Shown: positions 29,040-40,866 of the stretch, one piece after another | Position numbering within the stretch: position 1 is the stretch's first letter | How the letters are laid out: every line of letters begins with the position of its first letter | NCBI GenBank assembly: GCA_036396655.1 | Contig: DASWKK010000066.1 | Location: forward strand, 912-64,911 | Direction of reading: 5' to 3' | Length of the DNA stretch: 64,000 nt | Origin: Acidimicrobiia bacterium | GTDB taxonomy: Bacteria; Actinomycetota; Acidimicrobiia; Spongiisociales; ZC4RG35 | Program-made: the position numbers and the translations under genes | Notes under the pieces: generated by a model | Database searches by the model: none | Seen by the model: only the letters and a program-made list of their open reading frames with translations | Told to the model about the DNA's origin: nothing

Positions 29040-29573
29040 ATGGACGACCGGGTCACCGGATACGCACAGGCGATCTTGGACCTCGCGACCGCCGAGGGCG
29101 AGATGGAACGAGTCGAAACCGAATTCCTGGCAATCAGCCAGGCATTCGACAAGTCCGAGGAGTTGAGATCGGCGCTGACTAATCCCAGCCTCCCGCTGGA
29201 GAGGAAGCGCGCCATCATCGACGACCTGATCGGGGGGCGGGCCTCCGCGCTCACCGTCGGCCTGGTCCAGTTCATTGCCGGGCAGGGCCGCTCGTCAGAG
29301 ATCCCTGCCATCGCCAAGGCCTTTGTCGAGAAGGCGGTCGAGTCTCGCGACAAGGCGGTCGCCGAGGTTCGCTCGGCGGTGCCGCTCGACGAGCAAACCA
29401 TCGAGCGTCTCGCCGTCGCGCTGGGCAAGGCGACTGGAAAGAGCGTCGAAGTGAAGGTCGTCGTAGATGACTCGGTCATCGGAGGGATCGTTGCCCGGGT
29501 CGGTGACGTCGTCATCGACGGATCGCTCGCCAACGCGATCGCGGAGCTGCGCCAGGCCGTGTTGAGCCGATGA
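29040..29573 (+). CDS. atpH: F0F1 ATP synthase subunit delta
   Basis: OSCP/delta family, TAGATG junction with atpF. Confidence 0.85.
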   Translation: MDDRVTGYAQAILDLATAEGEMERVETEFLAISQAFDKSEELRSALTNPSLPLERKRAIIDDLIGGRASALTVGLVQFIAGQGRSSEIPAIAKAFVEKAVESRDKAVAEVRSAVPLDEQTIERLAVALGKATGKSVEVKVVVDDSVIGGIVARVGDVVIDGSLANAIAELRQAVLSR

Positions 29574-29583
29574 GGAGTTACAG

Positions 29584-31125
29584 ATGACCGACTTGACCAT
29601 TACCGCCGATCAGATCACCAAGTCACTCCGAGACCAGCTCTCGGGGTGGGAGCCCGAGGTCGAGAAGGAAACCGTTGGCTACGTGACATCGATCGCCGAC
29701 GGGGTGGCCCGGGTCGACGGTCTGCCCAATGTGATGGCCTCGGAGCTGCTCGAGTTCCCCGGTGGGCTGATTGGCGTCACGCTGAACATCGACGAGGACG
29801 ACCTTGGTGTCGTGCTCCTCGGTGAGGCGAGCCACATCCAGCAGGGTGACTCGGTCAAGCAAACCGGGACCGTTCTCTCAGTCCCGGTCGGGGATGGCCT
29901 GTTGGGGCGTGTCATCGACCCGTTGGGGAACCCGGTCGACGGGAAAGGTCCGATCGAAACCACCGAGCGACGTCTCATGGAGACTCAGGCCCCATCCGTC
30001 GTGCAGAGACAGCCGGTTAGTGAGCCGCTGCAGACCGGGATCAAGGCCATCGACGCCATGACCCCGATCGGGCGTGGCCAACGTCAGCTGATCATCGGTG
30101 ACCGGCAGACGGGAAAGACCGCGATCGTGGTCGACACCATCATCAACCAGAAGGTCAATCAGGGGACCAAAGACGAGGTCAAGTGCATCTACGTCGCCAT
30201 CGGCCAGAAGGCGTCGACGGTGGCAGAGGTCGTCGCCACCCTTGAGGCCGCCGGTGCCATGGACTACACGGTGGTGGTCAACGCTGCCGCCTCCGCCGCG
30301 CCCGCCCTTCAGATGTACGCCCCCTATGCCGGGTCGGCGATCGGCCAGCACTGGATGTACAACGGCCAGCACGCACTTGTGATATTCGACGACCTGTCCA
30401 AGCAGGCGGTGGCCTATCGCGAGATCTCGTTGCTGCTACGCCGCCCACCGGGCCGTGAGGCGTACCCCGGCGATGTCTTCTACCTGCACAGCCGTCTCCT
30501 CGAGCGATGCGCCAAGCTGTCCGACGATCTGGGGGGTGGCTCGTTGACCGGTCTGCCCGTGATCGAGACCAAGGCCAACGACATCTCGGCCTACATCCCG
30601 ACCAACGTGATCTCGATCACCGACGGCCAGTGCTATCTGCTCTCCGACCTGTTCTACCAGGGGATTCGCCCCGCACTCGACGCCGGCATCTCGGTGTCCC
30701 GGGTTGGAGGCGCCGCCCAGATCGCGGCAATGAGGAAGATCGCCGGCCCACTCCGACTCAACCTGGCCCAGTTCCGGGAGTTGGCTGCATTCGCCGAGTT
30801 CGGGTCTGAGCTCGACGCGACTTCGCTCGCCCAGCTTGAGCGGGGCCGCAGGGTCGTCGAAGTGTTGAAGCAGCCACAGTTCTCTCCAATCCCGGTAGAA
30901 GAGCAGGTGATCGTCATCTACGCCGTCACCGAGGGCCTCATGGATCAGGTCGCTCTCGGCGACATTCGGCGTTATGACGAGGAGTTGCGCCAGTTCTTCC
31001 GGAGTCGACACCCTGGTCTGCTCTCCGAGATCCGCGACACCGGAAAGCTTCCCGAGGTCGAGACGGTCAATGCCGCCATTGGCGAGTTCAATGAGTCCTT
31101 CGAGGGCTCCAAGGTAGAAGAGTAG
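29584..31125 (+). CDS. atpA: F0F1 ATP synthase subunit alpha
   Basis: Walker [10 protein letters not shown] and conserved alpha-subunit blocks. Confidence 0.95.
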   Translation: MTDLTITADQITKSLRDQLSGWEPEVEKETVGYVTSIADGVARVDGLPNVMASELLEFPGGLIGVTLNIDEDDLGVVLLGEASHIQQGDSVKQTGTVLSVPVGDGLLGRVIDPLGNPVDGKGPIETTERRLMETQAPSVVQRQPVSEPLQTGIKAIDAMTPIGRGQRQLIIGDRQTGKTAIVVDTIINQKVNQGTKDEVKCIYVAIGQKASTVAEVVATLEAAGAMDYTVVVNAAASAAPALQMYAPYAGSAIGQHWMYNGQHALVIFDDLSKQAVAYREISLLLRRPPGREAYPGDVFYLHSRLLERCAKLSDDLGGGSLTGLPVIETKANDISAYIPTNVISITDGQCYLLSDLFYQGIRPALDAGISVSRVGGAAQIAAMRKIAGPLRLNLAQFRELAAFAEFGSELDATSLAQLERGRRVVEVLKQPQFSPIPVEEQVIVIYAVTEGLMDQVALGDIRRYDEELRQFFRSRHPGLLSEIRDTGKLPEVETVNAAIGEFNESFEGSKVEE

Positions 31126-31135
31126 GCAGCAGAGG

Positions 31136-32023
31136 ATGGCCTCAGCCCAGCTCCGGGACACCCGGCGTCGCATCAAGAGCGTCGAGGCGATCAAGAAGAT
31201 AACCCGCGCCATGGAGTTGATCGCCACCAGCCGTATCCCCAAGGCGCAGGCAAGGGTCAACGCTTCCAAGCCTTACACGGCCAAGCTCATCGAGGTGATC
31301 CGGAATGTCAGTGCCGGTGGCGCCGGGGCCTCTCACAGGCTTCTCGAGCGCCGGGAGATCAAGACAGTTGGCCTGTTGATTGTCTCATCCGACCGGGGTT
31401 TGGCCGGGTCGTACGCCTCCAATGTCATCCGTCTCACTGAGGCCCGGATCCGTGAGCTCGATCGGGAGGGCAAGGACGTCACCCTGTACACGGTCGGTAA
31501 GAAGGCCCAGGCCTACTTCCGGTACCGGGGCTATCGGATCGAGAGCGCATACCTCGGAGTCACGGACACACCTGGATACGGGGACGCCCGGGCTGTCGCC
31601 AACACCGTGCTCGCCGCATTTGCCCTGGCTCAGGTCGACTCTCTCGAGCTGTTCTACACCCGGTACCAGTCGGCTTTCGTCCAGGTCCCGATCCGTCTCG
31701 AGCTTCTCCCGATCACACCACCGGAAGCCGAGGAGGATGAACGGGCCCACGATGTCTCGTACGAGTTCGAGCCCTCACCGGATGAGATCCTGAACCGGTT
31801 GCTTCCCCGGTACGTGGAAGCAACCATCTTCAACGTGCTGCTCGAAGCCTCGGCTTCGGAGCACAGTGCCCGGCGACGGGCGATGAAGGCTGCCACCGAC
31901 AACGCCGAAGACCTGATACGAGTTCTCAGCGTCCAAGCCAACCGGGCCCGCCAAGCCGAGATCACCACCGCCATCTCCGAAATCGTGGGTGGCGCCGAAG
32001 CCCTGGCCGAAGGCCGGAGATGA
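31136..32023 (+). CDS. atpG: F0F1 ATP synthase subunit gamma
   Basis: MASAQLRDTRRRIKSVEAIKKITRAMELIATSRI N-terminus and conserved C-terminal helix. Confidence 0.9.
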   Translation: MASAQLRDTRRRIKSVEAIKKITRAMELIATSRIPKAQARVNASKPYTAKLIEVIRNVSAGGAGASHRLLERREIKTVGLLIVSSDRGLAGSYASNVIRLTEARIRELDREGKDVTLYTVGKKAQAYFRYRGYRIESAYLGVTDTPGYGDARAVANTVLAAFALAQVDSLELFYTRYQSAFVQVPIRLELLPITPPEAEEDERAHDVSYEFEPSPDEILNRLLPRYVEATIFNVLLEASASEHSARRRAMKAATDNAEDLIRVLSVQANRARQAEITTAISEIVGGAEALAEGRR

Positions 32024-32044
32024 GAATTCAGATGAACGACATGA

Positions 32045-33813
<1,769 letters not shown>

Positions 33814-33831
33814 CCGGAGCCGCGACTGCCT

Positions 33832-34278
33832 CTACTCGGGTGGCGATTCGAAGCCGCGCACGAAGTCTTCGACGGTGCCGGTGAAACCATTCCCGATGGC
33901 GGCGGCGATCACCGGGAAGAACAGCGAGCCCAACACCCCGATGCCTTCAATGCGGAGGTCCACGAAGATCCTGGTCCCGATGTCCACCGGGCTGAGCCCC
34001 ACTGTCACCCGACCGTTGATCTCGGAGGTCCTGATGTCCCAGGCGATCAGTCTCTGGTCCTCGCGCCCCGCCGGAGCGGCCTGACCGAGGTACTTCCTTC
34101 CCCCAACGACGGTCTCGAACGAGAACCCTCTGAGTCGTCCGGAAGCGTCGAAGATGGGGTTCACGACCCGGTCCACTCCAGGGACGGCCTCCCAGGTCTG
34201 CGGCTCGTCGAGCGCAGACCAAACCGAAGGGATGGGTGTCGGTGTCGTGGCTGCATGCTGGAAGCTCTGCTCGGGCAC
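33832..34278 (-). CDS. SRPBCC-family (CoxG-like) protein
   Basis: IPSVWSALDEPQTWEAVPGV... pattern resembling CoxG/polyketide-cyclase-like fold; assignment tentative. Confidence 0.4.
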   Translation of the reverse strand: MPEQSFQHAATTPTPIPSVWSALDEPQTWEAVPGVDRVVNPIFDASGRLRGFSFETVVGGRKYLGQAAPAGREDQRLIAWDIRTSEINGRVTVGLSPVDIGTRIFVDLRIEGIGVLGSLFFPVIAAAIGNGFTGTVEDFVRGFESPPE

Positions 34279-34452
34279 GCCGGCAACCTAACCGAGTCTG
34301 CTCTTGCATCCGGAATCAAGCCAGGGCTTCACGTGTCGGGACGTGGAAGGGCGAAGTCCCCCTCCGGCCGTTCGGGCCACCTCCACCAACGTCGCTTCGC
34401 TCCTGGGGGAGGAAACGGGACCAGAGCGGCCCGCGCTCGTTGGCTCCACGAA

Positions 34453-34480
34453 ATCGGGGCGACGTTTCCGTCGCCCCGAT
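34453..34480 (-). terminator. perfect 12-bp stem hairpin downstream of the channel gene
   Basis: atcggggcgacg-tttc-cgtcgccccgat; on the minus strand followed by a short T-containing tract. Confidence 0.45.
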
Positions 34481-34629
34481 GCCCCTGGGAGGAGGGATCT
34501 GTTGTGGGCTCGGACCTCTCCGAGGCCGTTGCCATGGAGAGTTGTAACGGCGGCGGGTTTCCTGATGGTGAACACCGCCCATCGAGTGGCCAAACACTTG
34601 GGGTGGACAGGGCACCAGGTCGCTGACCG

Positions 34630-35712
34630 TCAGGGCAGGGCAGAGGCCTCGCGCAATGGGCGCAGCGCTCCCAGTGACTCGGCGACCACCACCAGGTCGT
34701 CGTCGAGTGAAAGGGTGAAGTCGAATCCCGGGTTGGTGTGGGTGATGCCCTGGCGGGTGATCGCTAGGAGGGTGGCCTGATGGTCACGACGGAGCTTGGC
34801 CGCGAGCTCGTCGATGGTCATCCCTACACAGTCGTCGGGCAAGATCACTCGATACAGCTCCGAGCCTTCGCCTCCGGCGACAATGTCGGACACCAGTGAG
34901 GACAGCCCCGGATACATGGCGGTTCGGGCGAGCAGATGGGCAGCCAGCTTGGAGGTGACCATGACCTCGTCGACGTTGGCCCTCCTGAAGTGAGCCACAT
35001 GATCGGGATTGTTGACCTCGACAACGGTGCGCACTTGGGGCGCCAGGGACTCGATGGCGAGAACAGTGAGAATCGACGACATGTCGGCCTCATTCGAGCC
35101 GTCACGAGGGCAGATGATCGCCGAGACGGCGTTCTCGATCCCGGCCCGCTTCAGATCGCTTTCGGTGGTGGTGTCCCCGCGGACGAAGTAGGCGACGTCG
35201 TCGGTCGGGTTCCTCTCGCTGTCATGCAACAGGACGATTTTGGTTCCGTACTCGTCTTTGGCCAGCTCGCCGATCAGATCCCTTGCCGTCGAGTTCCACC
35301 CACAGACCACGATGTGGTCGCGATAGCCGGCTGCTCCCATCCCTTGTCCCTCCTTCAACAGAAAGTCGATCACGAACCCCACCAATGCCCCGGTGAGGGT
35401 CGCCACTATGGCCACTCCGAACAGACCGAGTATCCAGCCCACGATCCAGCCGATCGGCCCGGTCACGAATCCACCTTCACCCAGACCGAGAACGGTCGCT
35501 CCTGCCCAATAGAACGACTGGCCCAGCTGGCCCATTGAGCGGTCTGTCTCGGCCAGCCAGATCACGACTGCGGCCGAGGCGAGGAACAGGACGAGGCCGA
35601 GGATCAGCGAGGTGAAGAACCGCCGGTCGATCTTCTCGCCCACCCTCTTCACATGCCAGCTGACCCGGCGCAGGAACGGCGAGTCGAACAACGAGCGAAA
35701 GCGCAACAACAT
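34630..35712 (-). CDS. ion channel protein with cytoplasmic RCK/TrkA-N NAD-binding domain
   Basis: Two-TM pore region with selectivity-filter-like TVLGLGEG, then Rossmann HIVVCGWNSTARDLIGEL. Confidence 0.65.
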   Translation of the reverse strand: MLLRFRSLFDSPFLRRVSWHVKRVGEKIDRRFFTSLILGLVLFLASAAVVIWLAETDRSMGQLGQSFYWAGATVLGLGEGGFVTGPIGWIVGWILGLFGVAIVATLTGALVGFVIDFLLKEGQGMGAAGYRDHIVVCGWNSTARDLIGELAKDEYGTKIVLLHDSERNPTDDVAYFVRGDTTTESDLKRAGIENAVSAIICPRDGSNEADMSSILTVLAIESLAPQVRTVVEVNNPDHVAHFRRANVDEVMVTSKLAAHLLARTAMYPGLSSLVSDIVAGGEGSELYRVILPDDCVGMTIDELAAKLRRDHQATLLAITRQGITHTNPGFDFTLSLDDDLVVVAESLGALRPLREASALP

Positions 35713-35820
35713 CGGCAGCGAAGATAGTCACATGTGTTCCCGCGGGCCCTGGCAGGCAACCCTTATTCGCCCCGATAGGAAGCGGGCAGCTCCTAACGTC
35801 AGGCAAACGCTGTTTCACTG

Positions 35821-37419
35821 ATGCTGATAGCACGCGACCTCCAAATCGATGTCGGTCACCGCACGCTGCTCGCGGGGGCCTCGTTCAGCGTGCAAGCAGG
35901 TGATCGGATCGGTCTCGTCGGGCGCAACGGGGCAGGGAAGACCACCCTGATGAAGACGTTGATAGGAACCCAGCTTCCGGCGGACGGCACCGTCCTGAGA
36001 TCGGGCCAGATCGGGTACTTCTCTCAGGAAGCGGCCCTTCCCGACCTCGAGCATCCCGATGCCACCGCCCTCGAGCGGATACTCATGGCCCGTGAGATCG
36101 GAGCACTCCAGCGGCGGATCGAAGAGGCGCGTCGCCGGTTGCACCACCTGACCGGCTCGGAGCGGGATCGTGGGATCGAGCGCTTCGGGCGTCTGCACGA
36201 TGAATTCGAAGCCAAAGGTGGCTTCGTCGCCGAGGCTGAGGCGAAACGTATGGCCGCTGCCCTTGGAATCGGCAATGACGAGCTGACTCAGTCGGTGCTG
36301 ACGATGTCGGGTGGTCAGAGACGCCGGGTAGAGCTGGCCCGCATCCTCTTTGCCGAGACCGACATCATCCTGCTCGACGAGCCGACCAACCATCTCGACC
36401 TCGACGCCAAGAGCTGGCTGATGGAGTGGCTCATGTCGTACAAGGGTGGAATGCTGGTGGTGTCGCACGATCTGCCCCTTCTCGACGAGGCGATCACCTC
36501 GGTGCTTGCCCTGGAGCATGGGGAACTCGAGGCCTACCGGGGCAATTACTCGCATTTCCTGGTGGAGCGGGAACGGCGGCGGAAGCAGAAGGAGCGCGAG
36601 CGCCGGCACCAGGACGAAGCCATCGCCCGGCTCGAGGAGAACATCAGGCGCTTCAAGGGAACCACCGAGAAGATGGCCAAGGCGGCGAGATCATGGGAGA
36701 CCCGTGTCGACCGGATGAAGCGAGACCTCGTCGAAGTGCAGAGGAGCGGGAAGAAGGTACGGGTCGCGTTTCCCCAGCCGGAGAAGTCGGGAAGGGTGCC
36801 GCTCTCAGCGTTCGGCTTGGCCAAGTCCTATGGAGACAACCTCGTCTTCGTGGATGTCGAGTTTGCCGTGGAGCGCGAGGAGCGGATGCTACTGATAGGG
36901 CTCAACGGTGCCGGCAAGACCACCTTGCTCCGAATTCTCGCCGGCGTCGAATCGGCGGATCTCGGTGAGGTGTCGTTGGGGCACAAAGCGAGCGTCGGTT
37001 ACTACGCCCAGGAGCACGAGCAGATTCGGGACGGCGTTTCGGTGCTCGATCACATGCCCACGGGAAGCGGGCTGACCGACCAGGCCCTGAGATCGCTACT
37101 CGGGCACTTCCTGCTGGCAGACAAGATCGATCAGGATGCCTCGACCCTCTCCGGTGGCGAGAAGACCAAGCTGGCCCTGGCCATGCTGGTCGCGTCGAGA
37201 CCCAACGTCCTCCTCCTCGACGAACCGACCAACAACCTCGACCCTCAGGCGAAGGAGGCGCTGCTCGATGCTCTCACCATTTACGAGGGGACGGTGGTGC
37301 TGGTGAGTCACGACACCGACTTCGTCGCGCAACTCATGCCCGACCGTGCGGTGTTGATGCCGGAAGGCGAGATGAGATTCTTCGACGAGAACTTGCTCGA
37401 CCTGGTTGCCCTCGCCTGA
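35821..37419 (+). CDS. ABC-F family ATPase (EttA/Uup-like translation factor, two ABC domains)
   Basis: Two Walker A motifs (GRNGAGKTT, GLNGAGKTT), two LSGG signatures, no TM domain, inter-domain linker with basic coiled coil. Confidence 0.85.
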   Translation: MLIARDLQIDVGHRTLLAGASFSVQAGDRIGLVGRNGAGKTTLMKTLIGTQLPADGTVLRSGQIGYFSQEAALPDLEHPDATALERILMAREIGALQRRIEEARRRLHHLTGSERDRGIERFGRLHDEFEAKGGFVAEAEAKRMAAALGIGNDELTQSVLTMSGGQRRRVELARILFAETDIILLDEPTNHLDLDAKSWLMEWLMSYKGGMLVVSHDLPLLDEAITSVLALEHGELEAYRGNYSHFLVERERRRKQKERERRHQDEAIARLEENIRRFKGTTEKMAKAARSWETRVDRMKRDLVEVQRSGKKVRVAFPQPEKSGRVPLSAFGLAKSYGDNLVFVDVEFAVEREERMLLIGLNGAGKTTLLRILAGVESADLGEVSLGHKASVGYYAQEHEQIRDGVSVLDHMPTGSGLTDQALRSLLGHFLLADKIDQDASTLSGGEKTKLALAMLVASRPNVLLLDEPTNNLDPQAKEALLDALTIYEGTVVLVSHDTDFVAQLMPDRAVLMPEGEMRFFDENLLDLVALA

Positions 37420-37464
37420 AGCACCGACCGGAACCATTTCGGCCGGGTCGGCATCCAAACCGGC

Positions 37465-37962
37465 ATGAGAAAGCCCATCCTGTTGTTGGCGACGATCGTG
37501 GCACTGGTGGCATGTGGTGTGCCCCAACAGCCCGGTGCCGGGAACGGTGGTACCACGACCACCACTGTCGACCCCGACCAACCGGTCGACTCCGGAGACG
37601 ACGAGCCGATCTCCGACCCTGCCCCCGTAGGGTCGGTTCCCGAGCCACGTCTCCCCATCGACGGGAACATCGACGGCGAGGTCTGGGTGACGTCCGCCGA
37701 CCTGAGGGTGATGGAGAGCTTCCCGATTCAGGTCATGCTCGATGTGACCGGCGACAAGCCCACACCGTGCCACGAGATCTTTTGGACCGCGGATGACGTC
37801 GGGGAAGCCATTGAGATCGAGATGATCTCCCAGGTTGCAAGTGATCAGGCCTGTGCCCAGGTGGTCGAGCAGTTCAGTGTTGCGGTTCCGTTGGGAAGCT
37901 GGGCCGATGAGGGACGCGAGGTTTACCTCAACGGAGAGCTCGTCGGTTCGTTCCAAGGCTGA
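37465..37962 (+). CDS. hypothetical lipoprotein
   Basis: Signal peptide with lipobox LVACG, Thr-rich spacer. Confidence 0.55.
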   Translation: MRKPILLLATIVALVACGVPQQPGAGNGGTTTTTVDPDQPVDSGDDEPISDPAPVGSVPEPRLPIDGNIDGEVWVTSADLRVMESFPIQVMLDVTGDKPTPCHEIFWTADDVGEAIEIEMISQVASDQACAQVVEQFSVAVPLGSWADEGREVYLNGELVGSFQG

Positions 37963-37988
37963 GCACTGAATGCAGGTGCGACCTTGAG

Positions 37989-38019
37989 GGGAGAGCCTTG
38001 AAGGAAGAGGCTCTCCCCT
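37989..38019 (+). terminator. 10-bp perfect stem hairpin after the lipoprotein gene
   Basis: ggggagagcc-ttgaaggaaga-ggctctcccc. Confidence 0.35.
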
Positions 38020-38268
38020 CGGGTGATCGGTTACAACTGCACACGTCGGCGCTGGTCGGACGGGGATTGCTGTCAGGATCTCTCATGCAAGCCAAGCCAA
38101 GATGCCAAAGATCGAGCCCCCAAACGGCAATCCCCGTCGCGCTCTCTCCCAGCCCCGCCCACACTCTCGCCCGCCCGGGCGATACCTCCATGACCATTGT
38201 CAGATTCATCCCATGTGTCTAGTCCCTGGTCAACCCAACGAACGTTTGTTTGCGATAGACTGCCTGGC

Positions 38269-39213
38269 ATGACCCCCGAGGAACACTTCGAAGCCATCGT
38301 CGCCGCCGAGGACAAGATCGAGCCCACCGACTGGATGCCGGAGGCCTACCGCAGCACTTTGATCCGCCAGATTGCGCAACATGCGCATTCCGAGGTGATC
38401 GGGATGCAGCCCGAGGGCAACTGGATCAGCCGGGCCCCGACCCTCCATCGCAAGGCGATCCTCATGGCCAAAGTCCAGGACGAGGCCGGCCACGGTCTCT
38501 ATCTCTACTCCGCGGCCGAGACTCTCGGGGTCAGACGCGACGAGTTGCAGGAACTGCTCCATCAGGGCAAGCACAAGTATTCGTCGATCTTCAATTACCC
38601 GACTTTGAGCTGGGCCGACATCGGCGCCATCGGCTGGCTGGTCGATGGCGCGGCGATCACCAATCAGGTGATGCTCACCCGCTGCTCATATGGGCCCTAC
38701 GCCCGGGGCATGGTGAGAATCTGCAAGGAGGAGTCATTCCACCAGCGTCAGGGATACGAGATACTGATTCGCCTTTGCCAGGGCTCTCCTGAACAGAATG
38801 CAATGGCCCAGGACGCCCTCGATCGCTGGTGGTGGCCATCACTGATGATGTTCGGGCCTCATGACACCGACTCCACTCACACCGAGCAGTCGATGCAATG
38901 GAAGATCAAACGAGTTTCCAATGACGAGTTGCGTCAGCAATTCGTCGACATGACGGTTCCCCAAGCCGACTACCTCGGGTTGACCATGCCCGATCCGGCC
39001 CTGAAGTGGAATGAGGAACGCGGGCACTACGACTTCGGGGAGATCGATTGGGACGAGTTCTGGACTGTGGTCAAAGGGAACGGCCCCATGAATCGGGATC
39101 GGATCGAGCACAAAGCGAGGGCTTGGGACGACGGCGCTTGGGTGAGAGCGGCCGCGGCCGCCCACGCCGCCAGGAAGTCGGCGGCTGCCGCAAGTCTCAC
39201 CGGTGCGGCCTGA
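38269..39213 (+). CDS. paaA: 1,2-phenylacetyl-CoA epoxidase subunit A
   Basis: Di-iron ferritin-like PaaA sequence (EAGHGLYLY..., ESFHQRQG...); start at ATG 38269 within the longer track ORF. Confidence 0.85.
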   Translation: MTPEEHFEAIVAAEDKIEPTDWMPEAYRSTLIRQIAQHAHSEVIGMQPEGNWISRAPTLHRKAILMAKVQDEAGHGLYLYSAAETLGVRRDELQELLHQGKHKYSSIFNYPTLSWADIGAIGWLVDGAAITNQVMLTRCSYGPYARGMVRICKEESFHQRQGYEILIRLCQGSPEQNAMAQDALDRWWWPSLMMFGPHDTDSTHTEQSMQWKIKRVSNDELRQQFVDMTVPQADYLGLTMPDPALKWNEERGHYDFGEIDWDEFWTVVKGNGPMNRDRIEHKARAWDDGAWVRAAAAAHAARKSAAAASLTGAA

Positions 39214-39225
39214 GGGAGCTGGAAG

Positions 39226-39570
39226 ATGACTTACGACGTCCCCCTCCTCCCCGGCGAGAGCCCTGAAATCGAGGAGACCACCGCTACCGCCGGCGAGGGG
39301 TGGCCCTTGTGGGAGGTCTTCGTCAGGGCGCGAAGGGGCATCTCGCATGTGCACATCGGAAGTCTGCATGCCCCGGATCCGGAGTCGGCGCTCCAGAACG
39401 CTCGGGATGTCTACACCCGGCGCGGCGAAGGAGTCAGCCTGTGGGTGGTGCCGAGCTCGGAGATCCATGCATTCGAGCCCGAGGATCTCGTCGACTACGT
39501 AGAGGCGAACGAGAAGGTCTACCGCCACGCCACCACCTATGACATCCCGGACGAAGTGGGTCACATGTGA
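39226..39570 (+). CDS. paaB: 1,2-phenylacetyl-CoA epoxidase subunit B
   Basis: WPLWEVFVRARRGISHVHIGSLHAPD, canonical PaaB. Confidence 0.85.
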   Translation: MTYDVPLLPGESPEIEETTATAGEGWPLWEVFVRARRGISHVHIGSLHAPDPESALQNARDVYTRRGEGVSLWVVPSSEIHAFEPEDLVDYVEANEKVYRHATTYDIPDEVGHM

Positions 39571-40322
39571 TCGAGCCGAACCTGCCTTCGATGCCGCCAG
39601 TTCTCCCATCAGCGAACGGTGACCGGCTCGTCTTCCTTCTCGCCTGTGCCGACGACAACCTGGTCCTGGCCCAGCGTCTCGGGGAGTGGATCTCCAACGC
39701 GCCGGAGCTGGAAGAGGACATCGCCCTGGGCAACATCGCACTCGACCATCTAGGTGTGGCCCGGGCCCTCTACACGCACGCTGGTGAAGTCGAGGGTCTG
39801 GGGCGGACAGAGGACGATCTGGCGATGAGGCGTTCCGAGCGTGACTTCATGAGCGCATTGCTGGTGGAGCAACCCAATGGCGACTTCGCCCAGACCATGG
39901 TGCGATCGCTGTTCTTCGATACCCACCAGGTCGAGCTGTGGTCCGATCTCTCCGACTCCGATGACGCCACGTTGGCCGGAATCGCGGCGCGGGCGCTCAA
40001 GGAGGCCCGCTATCACCTTCGGCACTCCTCCGCCTGGGTGATTCGACTCGGGGACGGGACCGAAGAATCACATCGACGGGCTCAGGAAGCGGTGGATGCC
40101 CTGTGGCGGTACACCGCCGACCTCTTCGAGGGCGGCGCCGACGGCCATCGAGACCAGTGGCAGAAGACGATCGAAGAGGTGTTGGACGAGGCTCGCCTCA
40201 CGATTCCGGAAGACCCGTATCAACGAAGTGGCGGCCGGAGGGGATTTCACTCGGAGCATTTGGGTCATCTGCTCGCCGAGATGCAATGGATGCAACGCAG
40301 CTACCCGGGGCTGGAGTGGTGA
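39567..40322 (+). CDS. paaC: 1,2-phenylacetyl-CoA epoxidase subunit C
   Basis: PaaC/PaaI family ferritin-like protein; GTG start overlapping paaB stop. Confidence 0.8.
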   Translation: MIEPNLPSMPPVLPSANGDRLVFLLACADDNLVLAQRLGEWISNAPELEEDIALGNIALDHLGVARALYTHAGEVEGLGRTEDDLAMRRSERDFMSALLVEQPNGDFAQTMVRSLFFDTHQVELWSDLSDSDDATLAGIAARALKEARYHLRHSSAWVIRLGDGTEESHRRAQEAVDALWRYTADLFEGGADGHRDQWQKTIEEVLDEARLTIPEDPYQRSGGRRGFHSEHLGHLLAEMQWMQRSYPGLEW

Positions 40323-40786
40323 CGGCAACAGCCGAGACCGACCTGATTCGCGCTCGCGACATCGCATCTACCGTGGTCGATCCCGAGATCCCGGTGCTGA
40401 GTGTCGCCGACCTGGGCATCCTTCGTGACGTCGAGGTGAGGGACGGCCGGGTGACGGTGACCATCACGCCCACCTACTCGGGTTGTCCCGCGATGCGCCA
40501 GATCGAGCATGACCTCAAGACCGCCCTGGGCGACGCCGGGTTCGCCGATGTTGAGGTCCGGATGGTCCATAGCCCGGCGTGGAGCAGCGAGTGGATCACC
40601 CCGGAGGGTCGTCGCCGGCTGGCCTCATTCGGCATCGCCCCGCCAGGTCCGTTGGGCGAGGTCCTGTGCCCGCGGTGCGCGTCCGGCTCCCCGCGGATGG
40701 TGGCCAGGTTCGGGTCGACCGCATGCAAGGCGCTGATGGTCTGCACGGCCTGCGGTGAGCCATTCGACTTCTTCAAAGAGTTCTGA
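40319..40786 (+). CDS. paaD: phenylacetate-CoA oxygenase subunit PaaD (PaaJ-like, DUF59)
   Basis: DPEIPVLSVADLGILRDV... and C-terminal CxxC...CxxC; GTG start overlapping paaC stop; N-terminal part of track ORF 40103 rejected. Confidence 0.8.
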   Translation: MTATAETDLIRARDIASTVVDPEIPVLSVADLGILRDVEVRDGRVTVTITPTYSGCPAMRQIEHDLKTALGDAGFADVEVRMVHSPAWSSEWITPEGRRRLASFGIAPPGPLGEVLCPRCASGSPRMVARFGSTACKALMVCTACGEPFDFFKEF

Positions 40787-40866
40787 GTGAGCCTCGTCTT
40801 TCACCCTCTGCGGTTGTCCCCCTGCTTTGCGGGGGGACCGCCCGTAGGGCGAGGGGGGTGTAGCCA
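40787..40866 (+). repeat. structured intergenic insert between paaD and paaE: 26-bp duplicate of the paaE 5' end plus two hairpins
   Basis: gtgagcctcgtctttcaccctct (40787-) nearly identical to the paaE start gtgagcctcgactttcaccgtct (40867-); between them gtccccc-tgctttgcg-gggggac and cgccc-gta-gggcg stem-loops. Confidence 0.6.

Noticed and set aside
34279-34629. 350-bp gene-free GC-rich gap after the atp operon region as a possible ncRNA/riboswitch
   Set aside because: Apart from a strong hairpin (34453-34480) that fits a terminator for the channel gene, no conserved riboswitch-like motifs are recognisable by eye. The overlapping small ORFs are low-complexity.
40103-40318. N-terminal 72-aa extension of PaaD in the track ORF
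   Set aside because: This stretch lies inside paaC in another frame and is Arg/Pro-rich. PaaD-like sequence begins at the GTG overlapping the paaC stop.
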